Shown: one piece after another, positions 39,823 to 50,638 of the stretch
Layout: the number at the start of each line of letters is the position of its first letter
Position numbering within the stretch: the first letter of the stretch is position 1
NCBI GenBank assembly: GCA_040878325.1
Contig: JBBDMM010000012.1
Coordinates: 124,001-188,000, forward strand
DNA: 64,000 bases
Source: Acidimicrobiia bacterium
Lineage (GTDB): Bacteria; Actinomycetota; Acidimicrobiia; Spongiisociales; UBA11373
Reading direction: 5' to 3'
Position numbers and translations under genes: made by a program
Notes under the pieces: generated by a model
Told to the model about the DNA's origin: nothing
Database searches by the model: none
What the model saw: the letters and a program-made list of their open reading frames with translations, nothing else

Positions 39823-40569
39823 TCAGGGTTCTTCCGGCGCCTGGTAGTAGCCGAGTTCCTTCAAGCGACGCTTTTCGTCCCGAGAGATGTTCACATTGGC
39901 CGGGTTGACGAGCACCACCCCTTGCCCGATCTTTCGCATCGAGCCGCCGAGGGCGTAGGTGAGCCCGCTCGAGAAGTCGACCAGCCGACGCACCATGGCC
40001 GGTTCGACCTTACGCAGGTCGAGGACCACCGGGATGTTCGATCGAATGTGGTCTGCCAGCACTTGCGCGTCGGTGTACGACCGGGCGACTATCACCTCGC
40101 ATTCGAGGTCGGCGTCCGACATGGTTCTGACCATTGGGCGATCGGCCGGCGTGAGGGTCACGCCTGCTTCCGACATCGATGGATCCGCCCCGACCCTGCG
40201 ACGCCGGGTTGTCATCGGGGGCTCTACCCGGCGACCCTGTACACCGCTCGGGGCAGGGACCACTCGAGGCTCACCGCGACGATTGGCGGCAATGCGCTCG
40301 CCGGTGGTGAGGGTGGGGTCGAGGTTGGGCTCGTCGAGCTCGCTGCGGTTGCCGAGCGACACGCGGGGGCGTTGCGGCTGACGCGCCTGGGGCTGGCGGC
40401 CCTGGGGCTGCCGAGCAGTCGGAGGGCGTCCCACCGTCTGCCGGGAGGGCTCGCGGCCCTGCGGGGCGACGGGTTCTTGCTCCCAGCCCTGCTCACCGGA
40501 TTGCTGCTCTTCGACGGCATCCTCGTCGACGAGCCCCAAATAGAAGAGTGTCTTTTGCCACATGCTCAC
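39823..40569 (-). CDS. sepF: Cell division protein SepF
   Basis: N-term MWQKTLFYLGL helix, disordered linker, RRLVDFSSGLTYALGG. Confidence 0.93.
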   Translation of the reverse strand: MSMWQKTLFYLGLVDEDAVEEQQSGEQGWEQEPVAPQGREPSRQTVGRPPTARQPQGRQPQARQPQRPRVSLGNRSELDEPNLDPTLTTGERIAANRRGEPRVVPAPSGVQGRRVEPPMTTRRRRVGADPSMSEAGVTLTPADRPMVRTMSDADLECEVIVARSYTDAQVLADHIRSNIPVVLDLRKVEPAMVRRLVDFSSGLTYALGGSMRKIGQGVVLVNPANVNISRDEKRRLKELGYYQAPEEP

Positions 40570-41243
40570 TGATTCAGCCCCTTTGGGGGAACGGGATCAA
40601 AGATAGCCCGTCCGATTCGCAACACGGTGGCACCCTCCTCCACCGCCACCTCGAAGTCATCGGTCATGCCCATCGACAATTGGGCGATCGCGGGATGATC
40701 TTGGCGAATCCGGTCACGCAGCTCCCGCAGCCGCCGGAACCAGGGTCGGGAGTCTTCGGGACGCTCCCCCAGGGGCGGGACGGTCATCAGCCCGATCACG
40801 TCCAGGCCGAGCGATGTCGCCATCTGGATCAACTGGCCTGCTTGGTCCGGCGCGACGCCGCCCTTCTGCACCTCCCCGGCGAGGTCCACCTGAACCAGCA
40901 CGGGCGGCGGCATCCCCGGGCCCTTGACCCAGTGCTCGGCGAGGGCGGAGCGGTCGAGCGAATGAAGCATGGAAACAATCGGTCGAACCTGTCGAACCTT
41001 GTTCCCCTGGAGGCGCCCGACGAAGTGCCACCGGACCCCGGCCGGGAGGAGGACCGAGCGAGCCGCCAGCTCCTGGGCCCGGTTCTCTCCGAAGTCGGTG
41101 AGGCCCTCGGCATGGGCAGCGACGACCGCGGCGTCGTCGGCATACTTGCTCACCCCGACCACTGTGATGCCTCCAGGATCGCGTCCGGCCCGTTCAGCAG
41201 CCGCGACGATCCTGCGCCGAACTTCGGTCAGCCCGGTAGCCAT
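40566..41243 (-). CDS. yggS: PLP homeostasis protein YggS
   Basis: VGVSKY, FGENRAQE, WHFVGRLQGNK, LSMGMTDDF, LRIGRAIF. Confidence 0.96.
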   Translation of the reverse strand: MATGLTEVRRRIVAAAERAGRDPGGITVVGVSKYADDAAVVAAHAEGLTDFGENRAQELAARSVLLPAGVRWHFVGRLQGNKVRQVRPIVSMLHSLDRSALAEHWVKGPGMPPPVLVQVDLAGEVQKGGVAPDQAGQLIQMATSLGLDVIGLMTVPPLGERPEDSRPWFRRLRELRDRIRQDHPAIAQLSMGMTDDFEVAVEEGATVLRIGRAIFDPVPPKGLNQ

Positions 41244-41854
41244 GCCACTGCCACCTGCCGCTCGACGGCGCGGTCGCGCCGATATGAGTGGTAACCGTCG
41301 TCCGACATTGTGCATACGCCCGCGTCCCAGACATCGAGGCCGTCGAGGGCGGCGAGGATGGCGTCGCGCAGGTCCACCGAGAGGGTGCCCCACGAGGTCT
41401 GGCGTCGATGGTCGGGAAGCTGCGCAGCCACCTCCGCTCCGACCTCGAAGCAACACGCGCCGATGCCGGGGCCGATCGCGGCGCGTACCGGGTTGAACCC
41501 GGCGGCTGCCATCGCCTGGCGGAGTGCAGCGACCACGCCCGCGGCCGTGCCTCGCCAGCCCGAGTGGGCGATCCCGACCGCGCCGTCAGCCTCGAGGATC
41601 ACCGGGTAACAGTCGGCGGTGGACACGGCGAGGGGAAGCCCTGCCTGCGCCGTGAACGCCGCGTCGGCATCGCCCTGAGGGCCCGGGCGAGACACTCTGA
41701 CGACTTCACGACCGTGGACCTGGTGGAGCCACGCCCAGTCGGCGGTAATGCCGAGCGATGTCGAGATCGCGGCTCGGGACGCTGGGTCGGACCGACCGTC
41801 GCCGTCGAACTCGTCACCGAACGCGGCGCCGCGAAAGCCCGGCGGCCGGATCAT
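41228..41854 (-). CDS. pgeF: Polyphenol oxidase-like / peptidoglycan editing factor PgeF (YfiH)
   Basis: [36 protein letters not shown]. Confidence 0.93.
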   Translation of the reverse strand: MIRPPGFRGAAFGDEFDGDGRSDPASRAAISTSLGITADWAWLHQVHGREVVRVSRPGPQGDADAAFTAQAGLPLAVSTADCYPVILEADGAVGIAHSGWRGTAAGVVAALRQAMAAAGFNPVRAAIGPGIGACCFEVGAEVAAQLPDHRRQTSWGTLSVDLRDAILAALDGLDVWDAGVCTMSDDGYHSYRRDRAVERQVAVAWLPG

Positions 41855-42954
41855 CCCTTGAGGAAGTCGGGAATATCCAGATCGTCGAGCGAGCCGGTGC
41901 CGTCGTCGAACCCTGCCGGTGCGGGCTCGTCGCGTCGGGTCGGCTTCGGAATCGACGGGGACTGAACCGACGGCGACTGCATCCGCGGGCGCTCCGGCGG
42001 CCCGCCACCGAATCCGGCGGCGATCACCGTCACCCGCATCTCGTCCCCCATCGAGTCGTCAATGGTTGCGCCGAAGATGATGTTGGCATCGGGGGTGCAG
42101 TGCTCGGCGATAGTGGTCGCCGCCTGGTTCACTTCGTGGAGGCTCATCGATTTCGACCCGGCAACGGAGAGCAGCACTCCGCTGGCGCCTTCCACCGACG
42201 ACTCGAGCATCGGGCTTGCGATCGCCTTGGTCGCCGCCTGCACCGCCCGATTTTCACCGGAGGCCCTGCCGATGCCCATGACCGCGGTGCCGGCGCCCCA
42301 CATCACCGACTTCACGTCGGCGAAGTCGACGTTGATGAGACCGGGCGTGGTGATCAGATCGGTGATGCCGCCCACGCCATGGAGGAGCACCTCGTCGGCC
42401 AGGCGAAACGCGTCGACGATGGGAAGGCTCTGGTCGGCATGCTCGAGCAGCCGTTGGTTGGGGATCACGATCAGCGTGTCCACCGCATTCCGTAGGGCGG
42501 TTATCCCCTGTTCCGCCTGCACGGAGCGGCGGCGGCCCTCGAAGCCAAAAGGCCGGGTCACCACTGCGACCGTCAGCGCTCCGAGGCTGCGGGCGATTTC
42601 GGCCACCACGGGGGCGCCTCCGGTGCCGGTGCCGCCGCCCTCGCCGGCGGTGATGAACACCATGTCGGCGCCGCGCAGCGAATCCTCGATGTCGTCGCGG
42701 TGAGCCTCAGCGGCGCTGCGGCCGACTTCGGGATCCGCCCCGGCGCCGAGACCCCGGGTGAGTTCGCGCCCCACGTCGAGCTTCACGTCGGCGTCCGACA
42801 TGAGCAATGCCTGCGCATCGGTGTTGATGGCGATGAACTCGACGCCGCGCAACCCGGCATCGATCATCCGGTTCACGGCGTTCACGCCGCCGCCGCCGAC
42901 ACCTATTACTTTGATGACGGCCAGATAGCTCTGGAGACCGTCGTTGCTCACCAT
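41851..42954 (-). CDS. ftsZ: Cell division protein FtsZ
   Basis: [30 protein letters not shown]-term [10 protein letters not shown]. Confidence 0.99.
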   Translation of the reverse strand: MVSNDGLQSYLAVIKVIGVGGGGVNAVNRMIDAGLRGVEFIAINTDAQALLMSDADVKLDVGRELTRGLGAGADPEVGRSAAEAHRDDIEDSLRGADMVFITAGEGGGTGTGGAPVVAEIARSLGALTVAVVTRPFGFEGRRRSVQAEQGITALRNAVDTLIVIPNQRLLEHADQSLPIVDAFRLADEVLLHGVGGITDLITTPGLINVDFADVKSVMWGAGTAVMGIGRASGENRAVQAATKAIASPMLESSVEGASGVLLSVAGSKSMSLHEVNQAATTIAEHCTPDANIIFGATIDDSMGDEMRVTVIAAGFGGGPPERPRMQSPSVQSPSIPKPTRRDEPAPAGFDDGTGSLDDLDIPDFLKG

Positions 42955-43025
42955 GGGTTCTCCTCGGTCTGCAGCCCACTGTGGGGCCGGCGACCGACCT
43001 CGGGGGACGGGAGGCAGGATACTCC

Positions 43026-43082
43026 ACCCTCGACCCGAGGATCACGATTCATCTTCAGTACCCTCGACCTAGCCTTGAGGGT
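43026..43082. promoter_or_regulatory. Palindromic operator-like sites upstream of ftsZ
   Basis: ACCCTCGA-N7-TTGAGGGT (43060-43082) and a second ACCCTCGACC copy in CCTCG-N3-CGAGG (43026-43040). Confidence 0.55.
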
Positions 43083-43815
43083 CGGCGACGACGATGGCGG
43101 GACGCGACGCCGAGGTGAGGTCGATCACCGCACCCGGCGGAAGCTCCTGGCCCAGGAGGACGAGCAGGGTCCGCGCCTTGTCGGCTAGGTCGATCGGGTG
43201 GCCGAGACGGACCGGATGGCCCAGGGCCTCGGTCCACATCTCGGCGCCCTGCATTTCGAGGACGATGGTGCCCCCGATGAACTCGTCGAGAACCAGCGCC
43301 ATTTCGACGATCTCGTGCCAGGCAGGATCGACCGGACGTACCCCGGGATCCACATCGGGGAAGGCAACCGAGGCCCGGAGCCGCCCCGCCTCGGGGTCGG
43401 GGGCACGTGCGACGACCGTGCCATCCTCGGCCACCAGCATCCATCCGAGAACCCCCTCGATCCATGCGACCGGCCGGTGTTCGAGCACCTCCACCACAAG
43501 CCGGTTGGGAAACACCTTGTCGACCCGGACATCGCTCACCCACGGGTCGGCAAGCACCGCCCGTTCGATCGCTCCCGAATCGATCCAGACCAGCAGCGCT
43601 CCCTCCCCCACCCCCGCCCCGGCGATGCGGGCACGAGTCTCGGACCGCACCTGACCGAGCACCTCGACCTCGCCGATGGAGAGCCAGGGGCTATGGGCGA
43701 TCAGGGTTGCGGCGGCAAGGACCAAAACAAGGACGAGCCATCCGATCCATCGACGGCGGCGGGGAGCGACCGGGCGGTTGCGGTCGGCAGAGATCTGATC
43801 GCGGATCGCGGTCAT
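43069..43815 (-). CDS. ftsQ: Cell division protein FtsQ/DivIB
   Basis: N-term TM after basic stretch, POTRA-like PWVSDVRVDKVFPNRLVVEVLE, position before ftsZ. Confidence 0.88.
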   Translation of the reverse strand: MTAIRDQISADRNRPVAPRRRRWIGWLVLVLVLAAATLIAHSPWLSIGEVEVLGQVRSETRARIAGAGVGEGALLVWIDSGAIERAVLADPWVSDVRVDKVFPNRLVVEVLEHRPVAWIEGVLGWMLVAEDGTVVARAPDPEAGRLRASVAFPDVDPGVRPVDPAWHEIVEMALVLDEFIGGTIVLEMQGAEMWTEALGHPVRLGHPIDLADKARTLLVLLGQELPPGAVIDLTSASRPAIVVADPQG

Positions 43816-44717
43816 CGAGGAAAATTCCCGACGAACCTGATCTCCGGCTCGAGATCGACGCCGGTCGACTCGAAAATGCGCCGGCGCACTTCCTCCACGA
43901 GCCGACGCAGGTCGTCGGCGCTGACCCCGGCATCGGCTACGAAGAAGTTGGCGTGGCGCTCGCTCACTGCCGCCCCCCCGATGCGGAGGCCCTTCAAGCC
44001 GGCGTGATCGATGATGCGGCCTGCCGAATCACCCGGCGGGTTCTTGAACACACTGCCCGCGTTGAGGGTTCCTCCTGGCTGGTTGTCGCGACGCCAGCGG
44101 GTGATCTCGCGAATCGTCGTCTCGCCCTCGCCCGGGTCTCGGTCGACGGTTCGGAAGGCGGCACTGACCACGAACTGCCGATCCGTCAGGTTGGTGTGCC
44201 GGTAACCCATGTCCAGTTCGAGCGGGGTCGGCGACGACACCGCGCCATCGACGAGGTCGAATACCCGGGCGCTGACCAGCCAGCCGGCCGTGTCGCTCCC
44301 ATGGCAGCCGGCGTTCATCCGAACCGCTCCACCCACGCTTCCGGGTATCCCGGTGAAGAACTCGAGCCCGCCCCGGCCTGCTCGCACCGTCTCGCGGGCG
44401 AGCAGCGGGAGCGGAGTGCCCGCACCCGCAGACACGACGCCACCCTTACCGAGGGACCATCCCGAAAGACCAGGCCCGGGCCGGATCACCACCCCGGGAA
44501 ACCCGGAGTCGGCGACGATGAGATTGCTACCCCGGCCGAGTGCAATCAGGGGCAACCGTTCTTCGGCGGCCAGCGAGGCGGCGAGTCGGAGGTCGTCCTC
44601 GTCGTCGACCACCACCAGGAACTTCGCCGGTCCCCCGACCTTGTAGGTGGTCAGTGGAGCCAACGGGGCGCCGCCGGTCACCTTGCCGCGGTCGACGAGG
44701 GTGGCGAGTGATGTCAT
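43812..44717 (-). CDS. murB: UDP-N-acetylmuramate dehydrogenase
   Basis: TTYKVGGPA, GRGSNL, GIPGSVGGAVRMNAG, GSVFKNP, HANFF, LEPE. Confidence 0.96.
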   Translation of the reverse strand: MTSLATLVDRGKVTGGAPLAPLTTYKVGGPAKFLVVVDDEDDLRLAASLAAEERLPLIALGRGSNLIVADSGFPGVVIRPGPGLSGWSLGKGGVVSAGAGTPLPLLARETVRAGRGGLEFFTGIPGSVGGAVRMNAGCHGSDTAGWLVSARVFDLVDGAVSSPTPLELDMGYRHTNLTDRQFVVSAAFRTVDRDPGEGETTIREITRWRRDNQPGGTLNAGSVFKNPPGDSAGRIIDHAGLKGLRIGGAAVSERHANFFVADAGVSADDLRRLVEEVRRRIFESTGVDLEPEIRFVGNFPR

Positions 44718-46081
44718 CCGGCACCCGCCAGCAGGGGTGCGATCTCGTCGGCCACGAGCGTGATGTCGCCGGCTCCCATGATGAGGATCAGGTCGCCTTC
44801 CACCGCCTCGGCGGCGATCGCCTTCGCCAGGTCGGCGCGGCGGGGCACATATGACACGTTGGCACCGGCGCCGGCAGCAGCATCGGCCACCACCCTGCCC
44901 GTCACCCCCGGGACCGGGGTCTCGCTGGCCGCGTACACGTCGGTGACGAACACTCGTGCCGCCCCGGCGAGGGCGGTTCCCAGCTCCACCCCCAGTTCAG
45001 CGGTTCTGCTGAATCGGTGAGGCTGGAACACCGCGATGATCCGACCCTGGCGCGCCTGGCTGGCGGCGTCGATCGTGGCGGCGATTTCCGTCGGGTGGAT
45101 GGCGTAGTCGTCGATCACGGTGACCCCGCGGATCCGGGCCCTGGTCTCGAACCGTCGGCGGACTCCGGCGAAGCGCTCGAGGCCGGCAGCCGCCGCCACG
45201 ACATCGAGGCCCAACTCACCGATGAGCGCCAGCACCCCTGCCGCGTTGCGAGCGACGTGGGTTCCCGGTTTGGGAACCCGCACCGGCAGGTCCGCGTGAG
45301 GGCCGCGGAGCCGGAACCACACTGAATCCGCTGCGTGCCCGATGTCGCTGATGTGCCAAGCGGCTTCGTCGGAGGTTCCGTACCCGACGACCCCATCGAC
45401 CCTGGCTGCAACTGCCGCAGCGCCCCGGTCGTCGATGCCGGCTACCACCGGGCCGTCCACCGCCCCGGCCACTTCGGTGAAGGCATCCTCGAGGTCGGCC
45501 AGCGACCCGTAGTGGTCGAGGTGGTCGGGCTCGACATTGGTGATCACCAGGCCCTTCAGCTGGAGTGAGAGAAACGTTCCGAAGGCCTCGTCGGCCTCCA
45601 GGACGAACAGGTCCTCCTCGCCCAGGTGAGAGTTGGTGGCGAGGTCGACGAGCACACCCCCCACCATGAAGGACGGATCGTGACCAAGCGCCCGGAACGC
45701 GGCGATGGTCATGGCGGTGCCGGTGGTCTTGCCGTGGGTGCCGGTGACGCCAATGGTTCGTAGCCGCCGGGTGATCGCCTGGAGCAGGCGGGGACGATCC
45801 CACACCTCGACCCCCCGCTGGCGAGCCGCGGTGATTTCGGGGTCGCGATCCGGCACCGCGCTCGACGCCACCACCAGGTCCCATTCGGTGGCAGCCTCCG
45901 GCCGATGGCCCACCCATACGGCGACCCCGGTGCCGGCGAGGGCATTCAGGTGGGCGCCCGGCTTCAAGTCCGACCCGGTGACCTGATGGCCCCATTGCGA
46001 GAGGATCTTGGCAAGACCCGACATTCCCGCTCCCCCCACACCGACCACATGGATCCGCCGATGAGGCACCAGATCAGCCAT
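44714..46081 (-). CDS. murC: UDP-N-acetylmuramate--L-alanine ligase
   Basis: GVGGAGMSGLA, GTHGKTT, EADE, DHLDHY, FQPHRFSRT. Confidence 0.96.
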   Translation of the reverse strand: MADLVPHRRIHVVGVGGAGMSGLAKILSQWGHQVTGSDLKPGAHLNALAGTGVAVWVGHRPEAATEWDLVVASSAVPDRDPEITAARQRGVEVWDRPRLLQAITRRLRTIGVTGTHGKTTGTAMTIAAFRALGHDPSFMVGGVLVDLATNSHLGEEDLFVLEADEAFGTFLSLQLKGLVITNVEPDHLDHYGSLADLEDAFTEVAGAVDGPVVAGIDDRGAAAVAARVDGVVGYGTSDEAAWHISDIGHAADSVWFRLRGPHADLPVRVPKPGTHVARNAAGVLALIGELGLDVVAAAAGLERFAGVRRRFETRARIRGVTVIDDYAIHPTEIAATIDAASQARQGRIIAVFQPHRFSRTAELGVELGTALAGAARVFVTDVYAASETPVPGVTGRVVADAAAGAGANVSYVPRRADLAKAIAAEAVEGDLILIMGAGDITLVADEIAPLLAGAG

Positions 46082-47147
46082 CGGCCGCCTCCATGAGATG
46101 GCGGGCGATCACGGCTCCGGCGTCGGGACGCCCCACCCCGCGTGCCCGGGCTCCCATCCGATCCAGCTCCCCGGCATCGAAGAGCAGGGATCGAACGATG
46201 CCGGGAAGCGCCGCGGCGGTGGCTTGCGGTACCACCCGGGCTCCGCCAGCCCCGGCGAGCATCCGAGCATTTTCTCCCTGCCCCACCCGGTCGAGCGGCA
46301 CCAGGAGCGAGGGGGTGCCGGTGGCTGCCAGTTCACTCACCGTCATCGCTCCGGAACGGCAGACGACGAGATCCACCGCAGCGTAGAAATATTGCATCTC
46401 GGCCTCGAAGGGTCGGCAAGTCCACGGTACCCCGGCCTCGGATGCCAGCCGCGCCATGGCCGGGTAGGCGTCGGGTCCGGTGAGATGCACCGTCCCTGCC
46501 GCCCCCGACCCGTCCACCATGGCCGCGGCGGCATCGTTGAGCACCCGGGCCCCCAGTGACCCTCCAAGGATTCCGAGCACGGGTCCCGAGGCCTCGAGCC
46601 CGTAACGATGGCGGGCCTCGGGTCGGAGTGCGAAGCGATCGACCCCGGCAATCTCCCCACGGAGCGGATTCCCCACCACGGTGCTCCGGGGGAGCCGCTC
46701 CGACTCGCCGGGGAGGCCGAGGAAGGTCGCCCTGGCCCGCCGGGCTGCAAACCGCGATGCTCGGCCGGGGCTGGCATTCTGCTCCTGGAGGAAGAACGGG
46801 ACACCGACCCGGTTGGCCGCGATCGAAGCGGGGACCGAGACGTATCCCCCCATGCCCACGACGACCCTGGTGCCGCTCTCCCGAAGGTGGTCGGCGATCG
46901 CCGCGGCGCTGCGGCGGACCACGAACGGAATCGTGAGATTGGCCGGGCTCGACCAGTCGCGCAGGCGGGCCAGCCCGAACGACCTGAACGAATATCCCGC
47001 CTCAGGCACGGCCCGAGCCTCGAACCGGTCGCCGCCGAGGAAGCCGATCTCGTGCTGGGGCACTCCCAGGTCCTCCAGTGCCCGCGCCAGCGAGAGGGCG
47101 GGATAGACATGGCCGCCCGTCCCGGCGGCGACGATGGCGAATATCAC
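46074..47147 (-). CDS. murG: Lipid I GlcNAc transferase MurG
   Basis: AGTGGHVYP, GGYVS, EQN, GGSLGA, RSGAMTVSEL. Confidence 0.95.
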   Translation of the reverse strand: MIFAIVAAGTGGHVYPALSLARALEDLGVPQHEIGFLGGDRFEARAVPEAGYSFRSFGLARLRDWSSPANLTIPFVVRRSAAAIADHLRESGTRVVVGMGGYVSVPASIAANRVGVPFFLQEQNASPGRASRFAARRARATFLGLPGESERLPRSTVVGNPLRGEIAGVDRFALRPEARHRYGLEASGPVLGILGGSLGARVLNDAAAAMVDGSGAAGTVHLTGPDAYPAMARLASEAGVPWTCRPFEAEMQYFYAAVDLVVCRSGAMTVSELAATGTPSLLVPLDRVGQGENARMLAGAGGARVVPQATAAALPGIVRSLLFDAGELDRMGARARGVGRPDAGAVIARHLMEAADG

Positions 47148-48313
47148 CGCTCGGGCACCGGGGAGGTCGGTGCCTGCCGTGCCACCGACACGAGCACCCC
47201 GACGCCGACGAGGGAGACCACGAGTGCGCTCCCTCCGGACGAAACGAACGGCAGCGGGACGCCGGTGATGGGGAGGAGGCCGACCACGCCGCCGATGTTG
47301 ACGATCGCCTGCGCCGAGAGCCAGGAGGTGATGCCGACCGCCAGAAGGCGACCGAATCGATCGGCGCACCGTAGGGCGATGAGCGTGCCAGCGACGGTGA
47401 ACACGCCGAACATCGCCACGATGGCGAGCGAGCCTGCCAGCCCGGTCTCCTCACCAAGAATTGCGAAGACGAAATCGGTATGGGCATTGGGCAGGAACGA
47501 CCATCGCGCCCGGCTCGCCCCCAGGCCGACTCCCCACAAGCCCCCGGTTCCCAGGGCCACCAGCCCCTGTACCGCCTGATACGAGGTGCCAAGAGGGTCA
47601 CTCTGGAGATCGAGGAATGCGGTCACCCTCGCCCACCGATAGGGCGAACTTATCGCCAGGACGAAGGCGGCGCCGCCCGCGCCGATGCCCGTGCCGATCA
47701 CATGCCGCAGGGGGACGGCACTGGCCCAAAGCACCGCGAACGCCCCGGCGGCGACGAGCAGGGTGGTCCCGAGGTCGGGCTGGAGCATCACCAGCCCGCC
47801 GACCAGACCGACGGTGGCGGCCACGGGTCCGAAGAAATCGCGGTATCGCCTCATCGACAGCTCACGACGGCTGACGACCGTGGCGAGCATCACGACGGTG
47901 GCCAGCTTGGCGATCTCGGAGGGCTGTATCGATACCGGTCCGACTATCAGCCAGCGGGTCGCCCCGTTCACCCGGGTGCCCACGAACAAGACCGTGACGA
48001 GCAAGCCGAGGGTCGTCACGAACATCGGGAGTGCAAGCTTCTTCCACCACCGCAACGGGATGAATGCGGCCACGACCATGGCCACCACCCCGACCACCAG
48101 CCAGACGATCTGACGCTTGAAGTAGAAGAGCCCGTCGCCTGTCTCGCGCAGACCGACGACCGATGACGCCGACAGGATCGCGCCGAGGCCGATGATCACG
48201 AGCAATACCACCGGCACCAGCAGGAACATCATCGTGCGCGACACCCCCCGCTCGACGGCGCGAATGGTCCGCAAGGCGGCCCGGGCGCTCGGCATCGAAA
48301 CGACGTTCGCCAT
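47144..48313 (-). CDS. ftsW: SEDS protein FtsW
   Basis: NGATRW, IQPSEIAK, QPDLGT, LPNAHTDFVFAILGEETG, TGVPLPFVSSGGS. Confidence 0.96.
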   Translation of the reverse strand: MANVVSMPSARAALRTIRAVERGVSRTMMFLLVPVVLLVIIGLGAILSASSVVGLRETGDGLFYFKRQIVWLVVGVVAMVVAAFIPLRWWKKLALPMFVTTLGLLVTVLFVGTRVNGATRWLIVGPVSIQPSEIAKLATVVMLATVVSRRELSMRRYRDFFGPVAATVGLVGGLVMLQPDLGTTLLVAAGAFAVLWASAVPLRHVIGTGIGAGGAAFVLAISSPYRWARVTAFLDLQSDPLGTSYQAVQGLVALGTGGLWGVGLGASRARWSFLPNAHTDFVFAILGEETGLAGSLAIVAMFGVFTVAGTLIALRCADRFGRLLAVGITSWLSAQAIVNIGGVVGLLPITGVPLPFVSSGGSALVVSLVGVGVLVSVARQAPTSPVPER

Positions 48314-48314
48314 G

Positions 48315-49595
48315 TCAGGCCCGCTTTCTCGCCAGGACGGCTGCGGCAAAGCGCTCGCCGCGGTCGGCGTAGGAACGGAACATGTCGAATGAGGCGCATC
48401 CGGGGGCGAGCAGCACGGTGTCCCCAGGCCGGCTGGCGTGATCTGCCGCAGCCACCGCCTCCTCCAGGGTGGCGACGATGGTCACCGGGCCCCCGGTGGC
48501 GGCCAACTCGGCGGCGGCCTCGCCGATGGCAAACACCTGGCGGACATTCGGTTCGAGCGGAAGTCCTCCCACGTCGAGGCCCTTGTTGCGGCCACCGGCG
48601 ATCAAGACGACCGGGCCGTGATCCCGGATCGCGGCGAGGGCTGCATGGGGGTTGGTCGCCTTCGAGTCGTCGACCCAGGCGACGCCGTTCCAGGTGCCGA
48701 TGAACTGGCGGCGGTGGGGCCCGGAAGTGAACTCGGTGACTGCCGAGAGGACCCCGCCGGGTGTGGCCCCCACGTGAAGGGCAGCCTGCGCCGCCGCTGC
48801 AACATCGACCAGCATCACTGGATCCCGCCGGGGGATCTGCTCCAGCGGAATCTCGAGGCCGGCGATGACCAGCGCGCCGCCCTCGGGTCCCCAGCCCCCA
48901 TCGGGACGGGCGCGCCCGCTCACCGGCACCCGTTGCGACCGGGCGCCGGCGACCAGGGTCGATGCGCCTTCGTCGTCGGCGTCGTAGATGACCACGTCGT
49001 CGGGGGTCTGCCGCTCGAGAATCCTCGCCTTGGCAGCGGCGTAGGCGTCGAAGGACCCGTGCCAATCGAGATGGTCGGGGGCGACATTGAGCAGCACCGC
49101 CGCATCCGCGTGAAAGGTATCGACGAACCTGAGCTGGAAGGAAGACGCCTCGACGACCACGACGTCCCAGTCATGGCCCACGGCACCGCAGAGCGGGTCG
49201 CCGATGTTGCCGGCGGCGGCAGCATCGAGGCCCGACGACCGCAGCATCCGGGCCGCGAGCTCGGTCACCGTGGTCTTGCCGTTCGTGGCCGTCACGGCCA
49301 CCACCGGGCAGCGGAGGTGCCGGAACCCGAGTTCAAGCTCGCTCCAGATCGGCAGGCCGGACGCCAGTGAATCCCGCACCGGTGGCGCATGTTCGGGAAC
49401 GCCCGGGCTGGTGATCACGAGGTCGATGCCGTCGAGCAGCGAAGGTTTCCACGGACCCCCGTGCACTTCGTCGGCGTCGACTCCCTCGATCGCAGCAGGG
49501 TCGGCGTCGTACACGATCACTTTGTCGCCGAGGGAACGGAGCAACGAGGCGGCGGCCCTGCCGCTCACTGCCGTTCCAATCACGAGCGCGGTCAT
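48315..49595 (-). CDS. murD: UDP-MurNAc-L-Ala--D-glutamate ligase
   Basis: TATNGKTT, EASSFQL, DHLDWH, DDSKATN, APGCASFD. Confidence 0.96.
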   Translation of the reverse strand: MTALVIGTAVSGRAAASLLRSLGDKVIVYDADPAAIEGVDADEVHGGPWKPSLLDGIDLVITSPGVPEHAPPVRDSLASGLPIWSELELGFRHLRCPVVAVTATNGKTTVTELAARMLRSSGLDAAAAGNIGDPLCGAVGHDWDVVVVEASSFQLRFVDTFHADAAVLLNVAPDHLDWHGSFDAYAAAKARILERQTPDDVVIYDADDEGASTLVAGARSQRVPVSGRARPDGGWGPEGGALVIAGLEIPLEQIPRRDPVMLVDVAAAAQAALHVGATPGGVLSAVTEFTSGPHRRQFIGTWNGVAWVDDSKATNPHAALAAIRDHGPVVLIAGGRNKGLDVGGLPLEPNVRQVFAIGEAAAELAATGGPVTIVATLEEAVAAADHASRPGDTVLLAPGCASFDMFRSYADRGERFAAAVLARKRA

Positions 49596-50638
49596 CCGAT
49601 ACCCCCGGAAGCGATGAAATCCCCGTAGAAGAGGCCGAGCCCGAGGCCCACGAACAGCGCGGCGAGGATCCAGAATCGGATGATGATCATGGTTTCCGGC
49701 CACCCCTTCAGCTCGAAGTGGTGATGCAGGGGTGCCATCTTGAAGATCCGCCTCTTGAAGCCGCGGAAGGCCATCACCTGGAGGATCACCGACATCGTCT
49801 CCATCACATAGAGGCCGCCGAGAACGACGAGCAGCAGGTGGGTGTTGGTGAGCAATGCCATCGCCGCCATCGCTCCGCCCAGAGCCTGCGAGCCGGTATC
49901 ACCCATGATGATTTTGGCCGGCGCGGCGTTCCACCACAGGAACCCGAGCACCGCCCCGGTGAGGGCGGCCGCGAGCAGCGCCAGCTCGAGTGTTCCCACG
50001 ATCTCGTAGAACTCCGGGTGCCGAAACTGCCAGAACGAGATGATCACGAAGGCCCCGAAGACGAGCGCGCTGGAACCCGAGGCGAGACCGTCGAGGCCGT
50101 CGGTGATGTTCACTGCGTTGGCAGCCGCCGTCAGCATGACCAGCACCCAGAGCACGTACCACCACCCGAGGTCCACCCCGAACGGCCGCGTGAACGACAT
50201 CTGCGTGGCGACTCCATAGTTGATCGCGCCCCAGGCGAACAGACTGGCGATGGTCAGCTGGCCGACGAACTTCCAGCGCTTGTTCAGGCCGAGGTTGCGC
50301 GCCCGGGTGACCTTCGACAAGTCGTCGAGGAACCCGATCAGACCCATGCCGAGGAAGGCCACCAGCACGAGCAGGCCGGGGACCTGGAACTCGCGCCAGG
50401 AGAGGCTCCAGTCCCCTTCCGGTGTCCGGGCGTCGAGGTGTCCCACCAGCCATCCGACGACCACCGCCAGGATCATGACCAGACCGCCCATGGTCGGAGT
50501 CCCCTGCTTGTGCTCGTGGGCGACTTCGACCTGGATGAACTGCCCGATGCCCCGGGTGCGGAAGAACCGGATTGCGACCGGGGTGAGCAGGATGGTCACC
50601 AGGAACGCCACAGCCGCGGAAGCGAGCATGGCGATCAT
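49592..50638 (-). CDS. mraY: Phospho-MurNAc-pentapeptide transferase
   Basis: KQGTPTMGG, GFLDD, NAVNITDGLDGL, MGDTGS, MAPLHHHFE. Confidence 0.97.
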   Translation of the reverse strand: MIAMLASAAVAFLVTILLTPVAIRFFRTRGIGQFIQVEVAHEHKQGTPTMGGLVMILAVVVGWLVGHLDARTPEGDWSLSWREFQVPGLLVLVAFLGMGLIGFLDDLSKVTRARNLGLNKRWKFVGQLTIASLFAWGAINYGVATQMSFTRPFGVDLGWWYVLWVLVMLTAAANAVNITDGLDGLASGSSALVFGAFVIISFWQFRHPEFYEIVGTLELALLAAALTGAVLGFLWWNAAPAKIIMGDTGSQALGGAMAAMALLTNTHLLLVVLGGLYVMETMSVILQVMAFRGFKRRIFKMAPLHHHFELKGWPETMIIIRFWILAALFVGLGLGLFYGDFIASGGIG

